Below, in pieces: positions 41,409-53,053 of a stretch of DNA of 64,000 nucleotides. Made by a program: the position numbers and the translations under genes. The stretch is taken from positions 124,001-188,000 of the forward strand of contig JAANOX010000085.1 of NCBI GenBank assembly GCA_020184695.1. Direction: 5' to 3'. The first letter of the stretch is position 1; each line of letters opens with the position of its first letter. Source of the stretch: Histomonas meleagridis 2922-C6/04-290x (lineage: Eukaryota > Protista > Parabasalia). The notes beneath the pieces are model-generated. The model was not told the DNA's origin. It did no database searches and saw only the letters and a program-made list of their open reading frames with translations.

Positions 41409-42861
41409 CTATTTATTTTTATGTTCAAGAAGTAATTTTGCTATTTCATTATTACCTTTTTCAGATGCAATCATTAATGCTGTCTTAAATAATTTGAATA
41501 TATTCCAAATATTTTTATGATATATTAAATTATTGAAAAAAAATTGAAATAAATGTAATAATTATCTTGAATATTAATATCTATATCTTTTTGTTCAAGA
41601 AGTAATTTAACTATTCCTACAAAATGGGCTATACCATGTTTAGATGCACAAATAAGTGCTGTGTTAAATAATTAAAATAATTTCCAAATATTATTTTGAA
41701 ATATCAAATTATTAAAATAAATTTTAAATAAAACAAATAAATATCTTGTGCATTAACATCAATTCCTTCTTGTTCAAGAAGTAATTTAATGATTTCAACA
41801 TAACCATTTGAAGTTGCCAAAATAAGTGGTGTCATAAGTCATTCATAAAAATTCCAAATATTATTTTGAAACATAAAATTATTAAAAGAAATTTCAAATA
41901 AAACAAATAAATATCTTTGGAATTAATATCAATTCCTTTTTGTTCAAGAAGTAATTTAACTATTCCTTTGTGACCAGTTTTAGATGCATAAATAAATGCT
42001 TGTTTTAAAATAAATATATAATTTCCAAATATAATTTTGAAATATCATATTATTAAATTAAACACGATGTAAATATAATAAATATCTTGTATATTAATGT
42101 TTATTTCTCCATGCTTAAGAAGTAATTTAACTATTTCTGTGTGACCAGTTTTAGATGCATACATAAGTGCTGTCATAAATTGTTTAAATAATTACCAAGT
42201 AATAATTAAAAACATAAAGTTATTAAAATAAGTTTTAAATAAAATTAACAAATATTTTGTATATTGACATCAATTTCTTTTTGTTCAAGAAGTAACTTAA
42301 CAATATTTATATGATTATTTTCAGATGCTTTAATTAGAGCTGTATTAAATAGTTTAATTGAAGATTGAAAATTATTTTGAAATCCAAAATTATAATTTTA
42401 TAGATCCTAAGTTAAATATGTAAATATCAGTAGAATTAATATAAATGCCGCCATATTTAAGAAGTAGTTCAACCATTTCAGTGAGACCATTATTTGATGC
42501 CCAAATCAGTGCCGTTTGAAATAATTAGAATAATTATCAAATACGAATTTAAAATATAAAAATATTGTTGAAACAGATTTTAAGCAAAACAAACAAATAT
42601 CTTTAACATTAATATCTAATCCTTTTTGTTTAAGAAGTATTTTAGCTATACCTGAATTACGAGAATTCGCTGCCCAAATAAGTGCTGTATAAAATGATTT
42701 AAACAATTTCCAAATATTATTTTGAAATATAAAATTATCAAAATAAATATAAAATAAAACAAATAAATATCTTGAACATTGATATCAATTCCTTTTTGCT
42801 CAAGAAGTAATTTAACTATTTCTGTATAACCTTTTTTAGATGCTGAAATAAGTGATTTATC
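41409..42861 (-). repeat. Ankyrin cassette array B: 9 modules separated by frame-breaking spacers
   Basis: Modules 42769-42861, 42599-42691, 42426-42518, 42254-42346, 42084-42176, 41913-42006 (+1 nt), 41743-41835, 41564-41665 (+3 codons), terminal 41409-41486. Spacers 77, 80, 79, 77, 77, 77, 77, 77 nt. Confidence 0.9.
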
Positions 42862-42909
42862 AATAAATTCGAATAAATTTCAAATATATATTTAAATCAT
42901 CAAATTAAA

Positions 42910-44064
42910 TTAAAAAACAAATTTAACATTAGTTTCGATATATTTATTAGTAACAAGAAAATCAAAAATTTCTTTATTGCCTGAGAATTTAGTAATATTT
43001 ATTGATTTTATTGAAATTGAAGATTTTTCAAGAAAATATTGAACAATGAACATGTTCCCAGTTTCAATTGATTCTTTAATAATGTTTTCATTGATTTTCA
43101 TTCCATTTTCTAATAAAAATGATAAAATTTCATAATTATTAAATAAAATACATTTAACTCCTAAATTTTCTAAATTATTCATTTCTTCAATTTTGTTTTC
43201 ATAAAGATAATGAAAGATTTCATTTTGATGAAATTCAATTGATGCTTCATATGCATTTTTAAATGATGAATGATTTTGTTCGCATAAATGAATAATTTCT
43301 TCATTTCCACCTGCAATTGCATATTTACCTGTGTTTTCTATTTTTGCACCATTCATAAGTAAATATTTAAAACATCTAACTGAAGAAAAAAATGCTGCAT
43401 AATCAATTAATGCAACATTTTTTCTATTTATAAATGAACGTCTTTCATATGGCGATGGTTCAATCTTTTGATTAAAATCAAAATTTGTTTGTGATGATAT
43501 TTCTTGGAGTTTTTCAACTTCATCATTTCGTATTATTTTCGCAATTTCAGCTGGATTAATTCCTTCTTTAACATACTTCTTACGAATTTCCGATTCATCC
43601 TTTTTCGTTTTTTTAATATTTTCATTTGAATTAATATCAGCTACATTATGGTTAATATATATTTTTGTTATTAATAACTTATCGTTAATATGATTAAGAA
43701 GATATTTCGTTTCTTTTGTATTATAAGAAAGGAGAAATTTAATAAAAATAATTAAAATATTCTGATTGTCATTCGTGTGTTCATTTTCTTTCATTTCTAA
43801 TTTTTTTAAATATTCGAAACATATTTTATGATTACCCTTTATCAAAAAGTATGAATAAACAAACCTACAAACAATCAGATTAAATGAATATGAGAATGTA
43901 CCAGAAAAGTAGAGGAATGAAGATTCGACTGATTCATTAATATTTTTTTCATTTAAATTAAAAATAATATTTCCAAGAGATTTTAACATTTGAAGATTTT
44001 TTTTATTGCCTTCTTCCATATAAACAACAAAGTCAAAAATTTTATAAACTTTTTGGTCGACCAC
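42910..44064 (-). CDS. DUF3447-like N-terminal part of ankyrin locus B
   Basis: IIRNDEVEKLQ, LIDYAAFFSSVRCFKYLL, YAIAGGNEEIIHLCEQ; stops at YIETNVKFVF, where the first spacer begins. Alternative start at 44019. Confidence 0.8.
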   Translation of the reverse strand: MVDQKVYKIFDFVVYMEEGNKKNLQMLKSLGNIIFNLNEKNINESVESSFLYFSGTFSYSFNLIVCRFVYSYFLIKGNHKICFEYLKKLEMKENEHTNDNQNILIIFIKFLLSYNTKETKYLLNHINDKLLITKIYINHNVADINSNENIKKTKKDESEIRKKYVKEGINPAEIAKIIRNDEVEKLQEISSQTNFDFNQKIEPSPYERRSFINRKNVALIDYAAFFSSVRCFKYLLMNGAKIENTGKYAIAGGNEEIIHLCEQNHSSFKNAYEASIEFHQNEIFHYLYENKIEEMNNLENLGVKCILFNNYEILSFLLENGMKINENIIKESIETGNMFIVQYFLEKSSISIKSINITKFSGNKEIFDFLVTNKYIETNVKFVF

Positions 44065-44164
44065 AAAAACCGCTTGTATTTGGTTTCAAAACCGATAATC
44101 TCATTCAATCAAACAATGTCAATTAAGAAAAATTCAATAACTTCTGAAAATTTCAGTAGTTGCT

Positions 44165-44172
44165 GGCGGTTT
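44165..44172 (+). promoter_or_regulatory. M3-like motif GGCGGTTT
   Basis: About 50 nt upstream of the beta-tubulin ATG; the same motif lies on the minus strand at 63191-63197 upstream of TOR; resembles the T. vaginalis M3 element. Confidence 0.4.
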
Positions 44173-44218
44173 GACGTGCACAGGATAACGTATTTTACAC
44201 CAACCGTTTATTTACAAA

Positions 44219-45559
44219 ATGGTTCGTGAAATCGTACACATCCAAGCTGGACAGTGCGGTAACCAAATCGGCGCCAAATTCTGGGAGGTCGTTTCCGATG
44301 AGCACGGTATTGACCCGACAGGTTCTTTCCATGGGGACAGCGATCTTCAATTAGAAAGAATCAACGTTTACTACAATGAAGCTACTGGTGGTAAATATGT
44401 TCCACGTGCAGTCCTTGTTGATCTTGAGCCAGGCACAATGGATGCAGTTCGTGCTGGACAATACGGTCAGTTATTCCGTCCAGATAACTTTGTTTTCGGT
44501 CAATCCGGTGCTGGCAACAATTGGGCCAAGGGTTATTATACTGAAGGTCAAGAACTTGCTGAATCAATTCTTGATGTTGTTCGTAAAGAAGCAGAATCTT
44601 GTGATGCCCTCCAAGGATTTCAACTTGTTCACTCTCTTGGTGGTGGCACTGGCTCAGGCCTTGGTACTCTTCTTCTTAACAAGCTTCGTGAAGAATATCC
44701 AGATCGTATTCTTTCCACATATTCCATTGTTCCATCACCAAAAGTATCTGACACTGTTGTTGAGCCTTACAACTGTACTCTTTCTGTTCACCAACTTGTT
44801 GAATCTGCTGATGAAGTTTTCTGCATAGATAACGAAGCACTTTATGACATTTGTTTCCGTACATTAAAGCTTACCACCCCCACATATGGTGACCTTAACC
44901 ATCTTGTATCAATGGTTATGTCCGGCACAACATGCTCATTAAGATTCCCAGGTCAACTTAACGCTGATCTTCGTAAGCTTGCAGTTAACCTTGTCCCATT
45001 CCCGCGTCTTCACTTCTTCATCGTAGGCTTCGCTCCACTCACCTCCCGCGGCTCACAACAATATCGCGCGTTAACGGTCCCCGAACTTACATCACAATTA
45101 TTCGACAACAAGAACATGATGGCCGCCTGCGACCCACGCCGTGGTGTCTACTTAACTGTTTCCGCACATTTCCGTGGAAGAATGTCATCCAAAGAAGTCG
45201 ATGAGCAAATGCTTAACATCCAAGCGCGTAACACGTCGTACTTCGTCGAATGGATTCCAAACAACGTGAAGAGCTCCATCTGTGATATCCCACCGCGCGG
45301 TCTTAAGATGGCGGCGACATTCATCGGCAACACAACAGCATTCAGAGAATTGTTCACACGCGTCGACTCACAGTTCCAAAAGATGTACGCGCGAAGAGCT
45401 TTCATCCATTGGTACGTAAACGAAGGACTCGAAACAGTCGAATTCGATGAGGCGAGATCGAACATGACCGACTTGATACAGGAGTACGAAATGTACGAAA
45501 CAGTCGGAATTGATGAAGTAGGAGAAGAAGAGGAAGAAGGAGAAGCAATGGAAGACTAA
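44219..45559 (+). CDS. TUBB: Beta-tubulin
   Basis: [25 protein letters not shown], acidic tail; Tyr167, Glu198, Phe200 as known for trichomonad beta-tubulins. Confidence 0.98.
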   Translation: MVREIVHIQAGQCGNQIGAKFWEVVSDEHGIDPTGSFHGDSDLQLERINVYYNEATGGKYVPRAVLVDLEPGTMDAVRAGQYGQLFRPDNFVFGQSGAGNNWAKGYYTEGQELAESILDVVRKEAESCDALQGFQLVHSLGGGTGSGLGTLLLNKLREEYPDRILSTYSIVPSPKVSDTVVEPYNCTLSVHQLVESADEVFCIDNEALYDICFRTLKLTTPTYGDLNHLVSMVMSGTTCSLRFPGQLNADLRKLAVNLVPFPRLHFFIVGFAPLTSRGSQQYRALTVPELTSQLFDNKNMMAACDPRRGVYLTVSAHFRGRMSSKEVDEQMLNIQARNTSYFVEWIPNNVKSSICDIPPRGLKMAATFIGNTTAFRELFTRVDSQFQKMYARRAFIHWYVNEGLETVEFDEARSNMTDLIQEYEMYETVGIDEVGEEEEEGEAMED

Positions 45560-46039
45560 GTCAGTAAATTCCGCCTCAAATCAGTTTTTTGTTTGAGTTC
45601 TTCGAAACATTCTGCAATGTGATAATGAAACACTGCGTATCATAAAGACAAATTTTGTCTGTCAAAGATCTGTACTTTTTGTTTCATGGTTTGTGTCTTA
45701 TGCTTTCCATAACAAAAGATATAAATATATTTAACAATTTTTTAGAAGCAGAAACAAAAGAACCCATTGAATACTTTATTTTGATTGCATAGTTTACTTC
45801 ACTTTTTGACCATTTTGTAAACCAAAGAAAATACTCAATTGAAGAGTTATTTGTTACACTAATAATATCTTATTACTGTGTGTAGAAATCTACCCAAGAT
45901 GGACGACACGAATTATTGGAAACGAGGAGGTTATTGTAACAACAAAAAAGAGATCAGTTTTAAGATAAAATGATCACTTGAATCAATTGCCATATGACCA
46001 CTTATCATCACAATTTCCAACGGTTCTGATAATTGACAA

Positions 46040-46648
46040 ATGTTCGGTGGCAAGAAGCTTTCACCACAAGAACGTGCAAAACAATGGAAACAAACAATTC
46101 GTACTGAACGCCGTGCAATTAATCGACAAATGCTTAAAATCGAAAGAGAAGAAGAAAAAATTAAACAAAAGGTAAAACTTTTAATGAAACAAGGACATCA
46201 AGATGCAGTTATGCCACTTATCGCAGAAATAGCAAACTCAAAGAAAACTCGTTCAAAGTTATTAAAGACATGCACACAACTTGATTCAATGAGTCGTCAA
46301 ATTGACTTACAAATGGCCCAAGTTAAAGTATGTGGAACATTCCAAAAGTCAGCTGAAGTAACACGTATGATGAACCAAATGGTGAAAGTTCCAGAAATGC
46401 AACGTACAATGATGCAACTCCAACAAGAAATGGAAAAATCAGGTTTAACTGAAGAAATGCTTGATGAAACAATGGACGAACTAAACGGAGATACAGAAGC
46501 TGAAGATCAAGAACTTGCTGTTCGTCTTGTATATAATGAAATTGCTAAAGATGTTAGCAAGACAACAGGTAAACCAATTGAACAAATCCCAATTGACCAA
46601 GAAGAAATTGAAGAAAATCCAGATCTCGTTAAGATGGCTGCACTATAA
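46040..46648 (+). CDS. VPS24: ESCRT-III subunit CHMP3/Vps24 (Snf7 family)
   Basis: RQMLKIEREEEKIK, QKSAEVTRMMNQMVKVPEMQRTM, EMEKSGLTEEMLDET. Confidence 0.85.
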   Translation: MFGGKKLSPQERAKQWKQTIRTERRAINRQMLKIEREEEKIKQKVKLLMKQGHQDAVMPLIAEIANSKKTRSKLLKTCTQLDSMSRQIDLQMAQVKVCGTFQKSAEVTRMMNQMVKVPEMQRTMMQLQQEMEKSGLTEEMLDETMDELNGDTEAEDQELAVRLVYNEIAKDVSKTTGKPIEQIPIDQEEIEENPDLVKMAAL

Positions 46649-47073
46649 TAAACAGGCAAATTGAAATTCCAACTGATTTTTTTAAAAAGTGACAATTATT
46701 TTTTAGGGTTGGAGCACCCCAAATAACGATTTTGTATTCAATTTTATATTCTATGAGTTCATTGAAAAAATTGAAATTCCAAGGGCACTTTCAAATAAAC
46801 ATTACAATTTTAAAATTTACAATTGAATTGAAAATTGTGAACGAAATTATTTTTTTTAATTAATTAATTTTTTCAATTCAAAAAGTGGCTTTGATGAGAA
46901 TTTGAATTTATCGTCCCAACTTTTTCTATGTCATTCAAAAAAATTCTGTGTATCGGATCAAAAAGTAGAGGCACTATTCAGAAAAATATTTTTCTCTGTA
47001 TCGTACTAATGAAAAAGGTGTTACCATCAGAAAATTCTATACACGTTAAACGTTTTTCCTTTTAAAACAAGGA

Positions 47074-47703
47074 ATGGACGAAAACACAATCCAAGTCAAG
47101 GTTGTGATTATAGGAGATTCGACTGTCGGTAAAACTGCAATTGCAACACGTTTTACTAAAGGTGTTTTCAACAATTCCATACTGCCAACAATTTCAGATG
47201 TTTTTAAATATCAAATGAAGATAGACAATAAACAAGTAACACTATCAATTTATGATACAGCGGGGCAAGAAACATTCAAGAGCATAACAAAAAAATACTA
47301 TCGTGATGCATCTATCGTAATAATTGTTTTTGCAGTTGGAGATATTGATAATAATATACCAAAAAGTGAGACATCCTATCGTAGTATTGGCTCATGGTAT
47401 AATGATGTTTTAGAACAAAATAATAATAATAATGCTATTATCAGTTTATGTGGAAATATGACTGATATTTCCGATCGAAAAATTTCGCACGATGATGGAC
47501 AAAATTTGGCTGACAGGCTTTCTATTCCTTATTTCGAGACAAGTGCTAAAAATGGAGAAGGAATCCAAAATCTCTTCGAAGAAAATGTAAAACTATACTT
47601 GCAAAATGTCCTGTCCATAAAGAGCAAAAGCAGTGATCAACAACTTGAAAACATAGTAAAGCTGGATGAAGAAAGTTCACTGATAGAAAGAAGATGCTGC
47701 TAA
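47074..47703 (+). CDS. Divergent Rab GTPase
   Basis: GDSTVGKT, YDTAGQE, ETSAK, C-terminal CC; G4 reads NMTD instead of NKxD. Confidence 0.88.
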   Translation: MDENTIQVKVVIIGDSTVGKTAIATRFTKGVFNNSILPTISDVFKYQMKIDNKQVTLSIYDTAGQETFKSITKKYYRDASIVIIVFAVGDIDNNIPKSETSYRSIGSWYNDVLEQNNNNNAIISLCGNMTDISDRKISHDDGQNLADRLSIPYFETSAKNGEGIQNLFEENVKLYLQNVLSIKSKSSDQQLENIVKLDEESSLIERRCC

Positions 47704-47965
47704 AAGAAATACTTTGTTATGTCCAACACTGGAAACGTGTTTTGAAACAATATTTTGATACAAATTTTTGTAAAAAATTATCATTATAAATTGTTCACAT
47801 TTTTTCTTCATTTGATGTTAACCATTTCGTCATTGTGTTTAACAGAGAAACAGCTTCCAAAGCATATAAATTCGTGCCAACCATTAAAGAAGGTGAAATT
47901 CACTCAAACATTTGAAAAACGTTAAAAGTTATCAAAAAGTAAAATGTTCGTTAGAATAGAAGTAT

Positions 47966-49297
47966 TTAATCGTAATTCTCCTCAGATTGTTGACGGATAC
48001 CATTCTCAACAACATATGTAAGTTCATTAGATGTTACCATAGGTGCAGTAATAAATCTTCTGCCAGATTTAGTATGCCAATTTCCGACATTAATATTATT
48101 TGTATAGTTATAAATAACTTCCAATGAGTACTTGACTCTGCTAAGTCCGGCGTGATTGAAGTCATCTGATGGGTTCTTAAAGTCATAGCAAACAATTGCC
48201 TTATTGCTTGCCCAGTTATTGCAACCCCAAACAGGTCCTTGTGAAGGAACAGTGCCATCACCATCTGTATATATTTCGGTTGGATCATTGTTATAACCAT
48301 TGTTGAAGTTAAGACCAATTAATGTTTGAATCTTGGAATTGTAGAGGACTAAAAGTGGAACTCCTGGGTCAGATGGTGCGTTCATTGAGATCTCAAGGTT
48401 CTTGTTGAGCATTTTAATTGAGTTTCCGGTAAGTTTACCATGATCAATGAAAAATTGTGGAACAGCTTCTGGTCCTAATTTGGTGCCATCATCCTTAACA
48501 ATGATTGTAGTTCCCTTGAAGACAACATGGTTTGGATATAAGACATGAAGACATGGCATGTTCATGATAGCATTTTCAATTGCATCGCCTGAAAGGAATT
48601 TGACCATTGGGAAGCGGCGGCTCCAAGAAATTGGAAGAGTATCACCTGCGCCTGCATATGCTGGGGCAAGAAAGATGGCCTTTTCAATATACTTATTCTT
48701 CCATGATGGAGTGATTTCTGGTGTGTTACCCAAAAACTGTGAAAGCATCATACCACCAAGTGAATATCCTAAAATTGTGACTTTTTGCTTATTGACGTTG
48801 TATGCTTGTTCGGCAAGTCCCTTCAAATCAGTGAAAAATGTGGAGGATCTTAACCCAGAAACTGCAAGCCTCCAATCATATGGTGCCCCAAATAAGTTTT
48901 TACGAACTTCATAACCTTTTTCAACTAAGTAGTCGATTAATGAATCAAAAGATTCCATGATTTGAAGACCAAAGATATCAACAATCTTATCAAGGCCTTC
49001 AATACCTCCGTAGTCATGTGGATGAAGATCTAAACCAGGTTGGCTCATAATTTTGTCAGTCGATTCATCATAATAAGCTTCAAGTAATTCGAAAAGACAA
49101 TTGAACATTGGAGGAATGACATACTTGGAATCAACCCAAACAATTTCTTCCTTTAATTTATCAACACAATACCAATACTTTGAAGAAAAGGTACCTTGGT
49201 TACCATATATTTGAGAGCCAAAAACACCTGGCATAATAATGAGTGGCTTTAGGTCTTTACATAGCGATAAAGAGAGGAAGAGCGCAAGTACGCTCAT
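47966..49297 (-). CDS. LCAT/lysosomal phospholipase A2-like secreted acyltransferase
   Basis: Signal peptide MSVLALFLSLSLC, PGVFGSQ, FGAPYDWR, nucleophile motif GYSLGG, DGDGTVP, C-terminal His (FNHAGL). Confidence 0.88.
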   Translation of the reverse strand: MSVLALFLSLSLCKDLKPLIIMPGVFGSQIYGNQGTFSSKYWYCVDKLKEEIVWVDSKYVIPPMFNCLFELLEAYYDESTDKIMSQPGLDLHPHDYGGIEGLDKIVDIFGLQIMESFDSLIDYLVEKGYEVRKNLFGAPYDWRLAVSGLRSSTFFTDLKGLAEQAYNVNKQKVTILGYSLGGMMLSQFLGNTPEITPSWKNKYIEKAIFLAPAYAGAGDTLPISWSRRFPMVKFLSGDAIENAIMNMPCLHVLYPNHVVFKGTTIIVKDDGTKLGPEAVPQFFIDHGKLTGNSIKMLNKNLEISMNAPSDPGVPLLVLYNSKIQTLIGLNFNNGYNNDPTEIYTDGDGTVPSQGPVWGCNNWASNKAIVCYDFKNPSDDFNHAGLSRVKYSLEVIYNYTNNINVGNWHTKSGRRFITAPMVTSNELTYVVENGIRQQSEENYD

Positions 49298-50535
49298 GAT
49301 TTTCTGAGAGAAAATACTTTCAAATTTGAATGATTTATGTGCATTCAAAAAACAACTGCAATTTCCAATTTTGTGTACAATTCATCGTATTGGTGTCAAC
49401 TTGACAGTGGGGTATTTGATCAAATATCATATTACCGTAAGTAAATAAACATGAAGTGATTTAACGTCTTTAATTTTTTTCAAAAAATGAATTTTTATTT
49501 AAAATGAGTTAATAGAGTTTATATTTAAAATTAGAATAAAGTGTATTGTATCATAGTTACAGGGTAGTGTCGATCAAAAATAACCCTTTATTATAAAACT
49601 TCATTTAAATTTAAATAAAATATTTATTTCTCATTGGTTTTATAAAATTATTCTGTATTACATTATGTATATTTATAAATATGATATCACATTATTAGTA
49701 AGTCACTAAGCCCAAAAAATTTTTCCGGATTAACATCAAATTACAGATATCAATTTACAGGCTCATTTAAATTAGTACTTACTTTTTGATTATTTATATG
49801 GCCATATATATAAATGTCATTTTAATTCAATTAAATTTATATGTATATTTTTCGTATATTGAGTAAAACAATAATTTAGTGGATTTTATGACTTGATGTG
49901 ACTTTTAATTCAAAAAGTCCAAATAAAAATAGAAATATCTTAATAAATTAATTTTAAATTTCGAATTTTCTTTTTATAATTTGTTAAGGTGCATCTGTAA
50001 AATTTGCGGACTCGATTACCATAAAGCCTTGTTATGACTTCAAATTGGTACCAATTGTAAAGTTCTCGCTCATTGACCAAGTATTTAGTGAAAATCCTTG
50101 ATTCAATTTTATTGTATTAAATTTTAAGGACATAAAACGTCATCCAAAAATCTCATGAGATTAATCTTATTTTCTTATGAAATTTTCAAATGAAAAACCA
50201 ATACAGATTTATAACATCAAATCAAATTTAAAGGAATTCAAATCATTATGATGCAAATGCTAGAAGAATGAATTTTCTGTATATATTGAAAATCAATTCA
50301 TTGGAATGAAAAGATAATATAAAGTTTAAATAAATAGCATATAGTTGGCGACATTGACTAAAAATTAAATATCTTCTGATGTCCTGACTTTGCTGAAGCC
50401 AAATTTAATCAAAATTGATCAAATTAACAGTTATGATTACAAAAATTAAATAGTTTACAAAAAATAAGAGGCACCTCAAGAAGTTTCCAAAAATATTATA
50501 AACTTATTGAAACTGTGTTAAAATGAGATATTTAA

Positions 50536-52275
50536 TCAAATCCATTGATCATCTTGGTTTAGTACATAATCTTTGAATTCTTTGTTTTCAACACATTCAA
50601 TAGCTTCAGTTTGTTTTTCGTTTGATTCTTTAAATGTGGATACATTCGTTGATGAGTTTGATGTTTGTTTTTTATTTCTTTTGATTAAAAAAATTATAAT
50701 TCCAATAATTAAAAGAACAACTACAACTGAACCTATAATACATACAAAAACATTTGCTGTCATTTGATTTTGTTCATTATTTTGAATATTTTGATTATTT
50801 AATATTGTAAAGAAATTACTATAAATTTGAATATAAGTGGAATAAATTATATTAATGTATTCATAATGTACAAATTTGGTATTATAATATGTAAATGAAA
50901 AATTGATATAAGAAATAGTTAACGAATTTGTAATAAATGAATTATAAATGGAAATTGTTACTGTAACTGATAAAACATTTGTTAAAATAAATGAGTGTGT
51001 TAAAGATAAATATGAAATTGTATCACTTTGTGTGAATGCATTTGACTGAATAAATGAATTTGTGTTTGTAAATGTATTTGATTTAGTGAATGTATTTGAT
51101 TTAGTAAATGTATTTGATTTAGTAAATTTGTTTGATTTAGTAAATTTGTTTGATTTAGTAAATGTGTTTGATTTAGTAAAAACATTTGATTTAGTGAATG
51201 AATTACTATGTGTAAATGTCATTGTTAGAAGAATACACCCATCAACTGTTCCTTTCGTTATCTTTAAATTTCCAAATTCTTCGCTTTGATATTCTTCACG
51301 TACCATAACATATGTCGCTGGAACATCAATAAAGCAATTAATTCCAAATGTTGGTGAGGTTTTGCCATAAAAATAAATGCATTTGCGTGAAGAACAATAA
51401 GAAAATGCATAATTATCAATATTATTTACTTTTTCACCAATGAATATTGTTTCCAACTTACTACATAAAGAAAAAGCACTTGATTGAATCTTTGTAACAT
51501 TATTTGGAATTATAAAACTTGTAAAATCACAATTTGAGAACGCAGAGCTTCTTATCATATGTACATCAGCTCCAAGTGAAATTGATAATAAATTTTTGCA
51601 TGAATTGAAAGCATCTGGATCAATTGAAGTTACTGAGTCTGGAATTTTAAAAGTATCTCGAAGATTTCCAATTGGATAACTAATGAGGAGCGTAATTCCT
51701 TTATCATATAATACCCCATCGTTATCATAATTTGAAAAACATGGATTTTCTTCAGAAATTTTTATGCGTTGAAGACTACTACAGTAAATAAATGGATTAA
51801 TTGATATTGAAGAAACCGTGCGTGAGATTATAATTTTTTTAAGATTATTACAATTTTGAAACATATAAGTTCCGATTTTTTGGACAGCTTCACCAAAAAT
51901 TACACTTTCAAGACTATAACAATCATTGAATACATTTTGACCTACTATTGTAAGGGGGCATTCAAATGTTACATCCTTTAATTTTTTGCAACCTCGAAAT
52001 GCACGTGATCCAATACTTGTTAAACCTTTTCCAAATGAAACTTTTTTTAAGTTAGAACATGAATTAAATGCGTCCAATCCAATAGAAGTGACTGAGTCAG
52101 CAATATCAGCTGTAAGCAATGAAGTCAATCCAGAAAAAACAGAAGACGGGATTGAAGTTATTCCACTTGAAATGATGACATGTTTTGCATAGTTTTTATA
52201 ATCACTTGAATTCGTTATATTTAAATTTCCTTCATCAAAAATTTGTTTGGAATGAAAGATAAAGAAAATAAACAT
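50536..52275 (-). CDS. BspA-like LRR_5 membrane protein with FTxSN stalk
   Basis: TpLRR units (IADSVTSIGLDAFNSCSNL), TKSNTF repeats, S/T/Y/I-rich juxtamembrane segment, TM helix and cytosolic tail. Confidence 0.9.
   Translation of the reverse strand: MFIFFIFHSKQIFDEGNLNITNSSDYKNYAKHVIISSGITSIPSSVFSGLTSLLTADIADSVTSIGLDAFNSCSNLKKVSFGKGLTSIGSRAFRGCKKLKDVTFECPLTIVGQNVFNDCYSLESVIFGEAVQKIGTYMFQNCNNLKKIIISRTVSSISINPFIYCSSLQRIKISEENPCFSNYDNDGVLYDKGITLLISYPIGNLRDTFKIPDSVTSIDPDAFNSCKNLLSISLGADVHMIRSSAFSNCDFTSFIIPNNVTKIQSSAFSLCSKLETIFIGEKVNNIDNYAFSYCSSRKCIYFYGKTSPTFGINCFIDVPATYVMVREEYQSEEFGNLKITKGTVDGCILLTMTFTHSNSFTKSNVFTKSNTFTKSNKFTKSNKFTKSNTFTKSNTFTKSNTFTNTNSFIQSNAFTQSDTISYLSLTHSFILTNVLSVTVTISIYNSFITNSLTISYINFSFTYYNTKFVHYEYINIIYSTYIQIYSNFFTILNNQNIQNNEQNQMTANVFVCIIGSVVVVLLIIGIIIFLIKRNKKQTSNSSTNVSTFKESNEKQTEAIECVENKEFKDYVLNQDDQWI
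51072..51200 (-). repeat. 18-bp (6-aa) tandem repeat TKSN(T/K/V)F, about 7 copies
   Basis: atttgatttagt(a/g)aat recurs every 18 nt. Confidence 0.88.
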
Positions 52276-53053
52276 TATGAAAATTAATTTAATGTTTTCT
52301 CTTTAATTTGGTTATTAATTAATTTATATTTTAATGAAGAATAAATTTTAGAAAATATTATAGATATTAATATGAATATAGAAGATATTAATCCTATATT
52401 TAATTGGAAAGAATCAAAATTAATGAACAAATATGAAAAGAAAAAAGAAAAATTTTAGATTTTCGGATTAAAGAGTAATAATATTTTTGGATCTAGAGTT
52501 AAGTTTGTGATTGATTGAAAAATATCATAAAAAATTTTATCATTTTTAATCTTTGGAATGTCGAAAATTTTGCTGGGTGAAAAAAAAATTGTATTCGAAG
52601 TCATTCTGAAAAGCAAGATTAAAGGCCAATTGATTCTTACTTATAACCCAAAAAACATTTCCAATTGTTAATATTAACTTTAGGTAAATAGCAACTATCT
52701 CAAGAAAAACGAAGAAAAAGCAAGAAGATTCACCCACTAAAAGTTTGGGTAAATGAAGAATTTGTTGGAACTGTAACAACATGGCTAAAACTTCCTTTGC
52801 GAGATAATTAAACCGTTTTTGAATTGAATACATATCGTTTTTTACAGTAATTTTTGTGTAGGAACGTTTCGAATTGAAAGAATGCAAAAAAAATCACGAT
52901 GTATTGAATATCTTATGTTGAATGAGTTACAGTATGCGCGAGGCACCCCAAATTTATTTTTCTGTGACCGTCACATCTCTCTATTCTATAGATTTATTGA
53001 AATATCGCACATGCTGTTAAACATATTTTTTGTTCGATTTTTTTTGGTTAAAA

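Noticed and set aside
30109-42861. Stop-codon reassignment explaining the broken ankyrin frames
   Set aside because: Conserved genes end at TAA, TGA and TAG normally, and the defect is a frame shift, which readthrough cannot fix.
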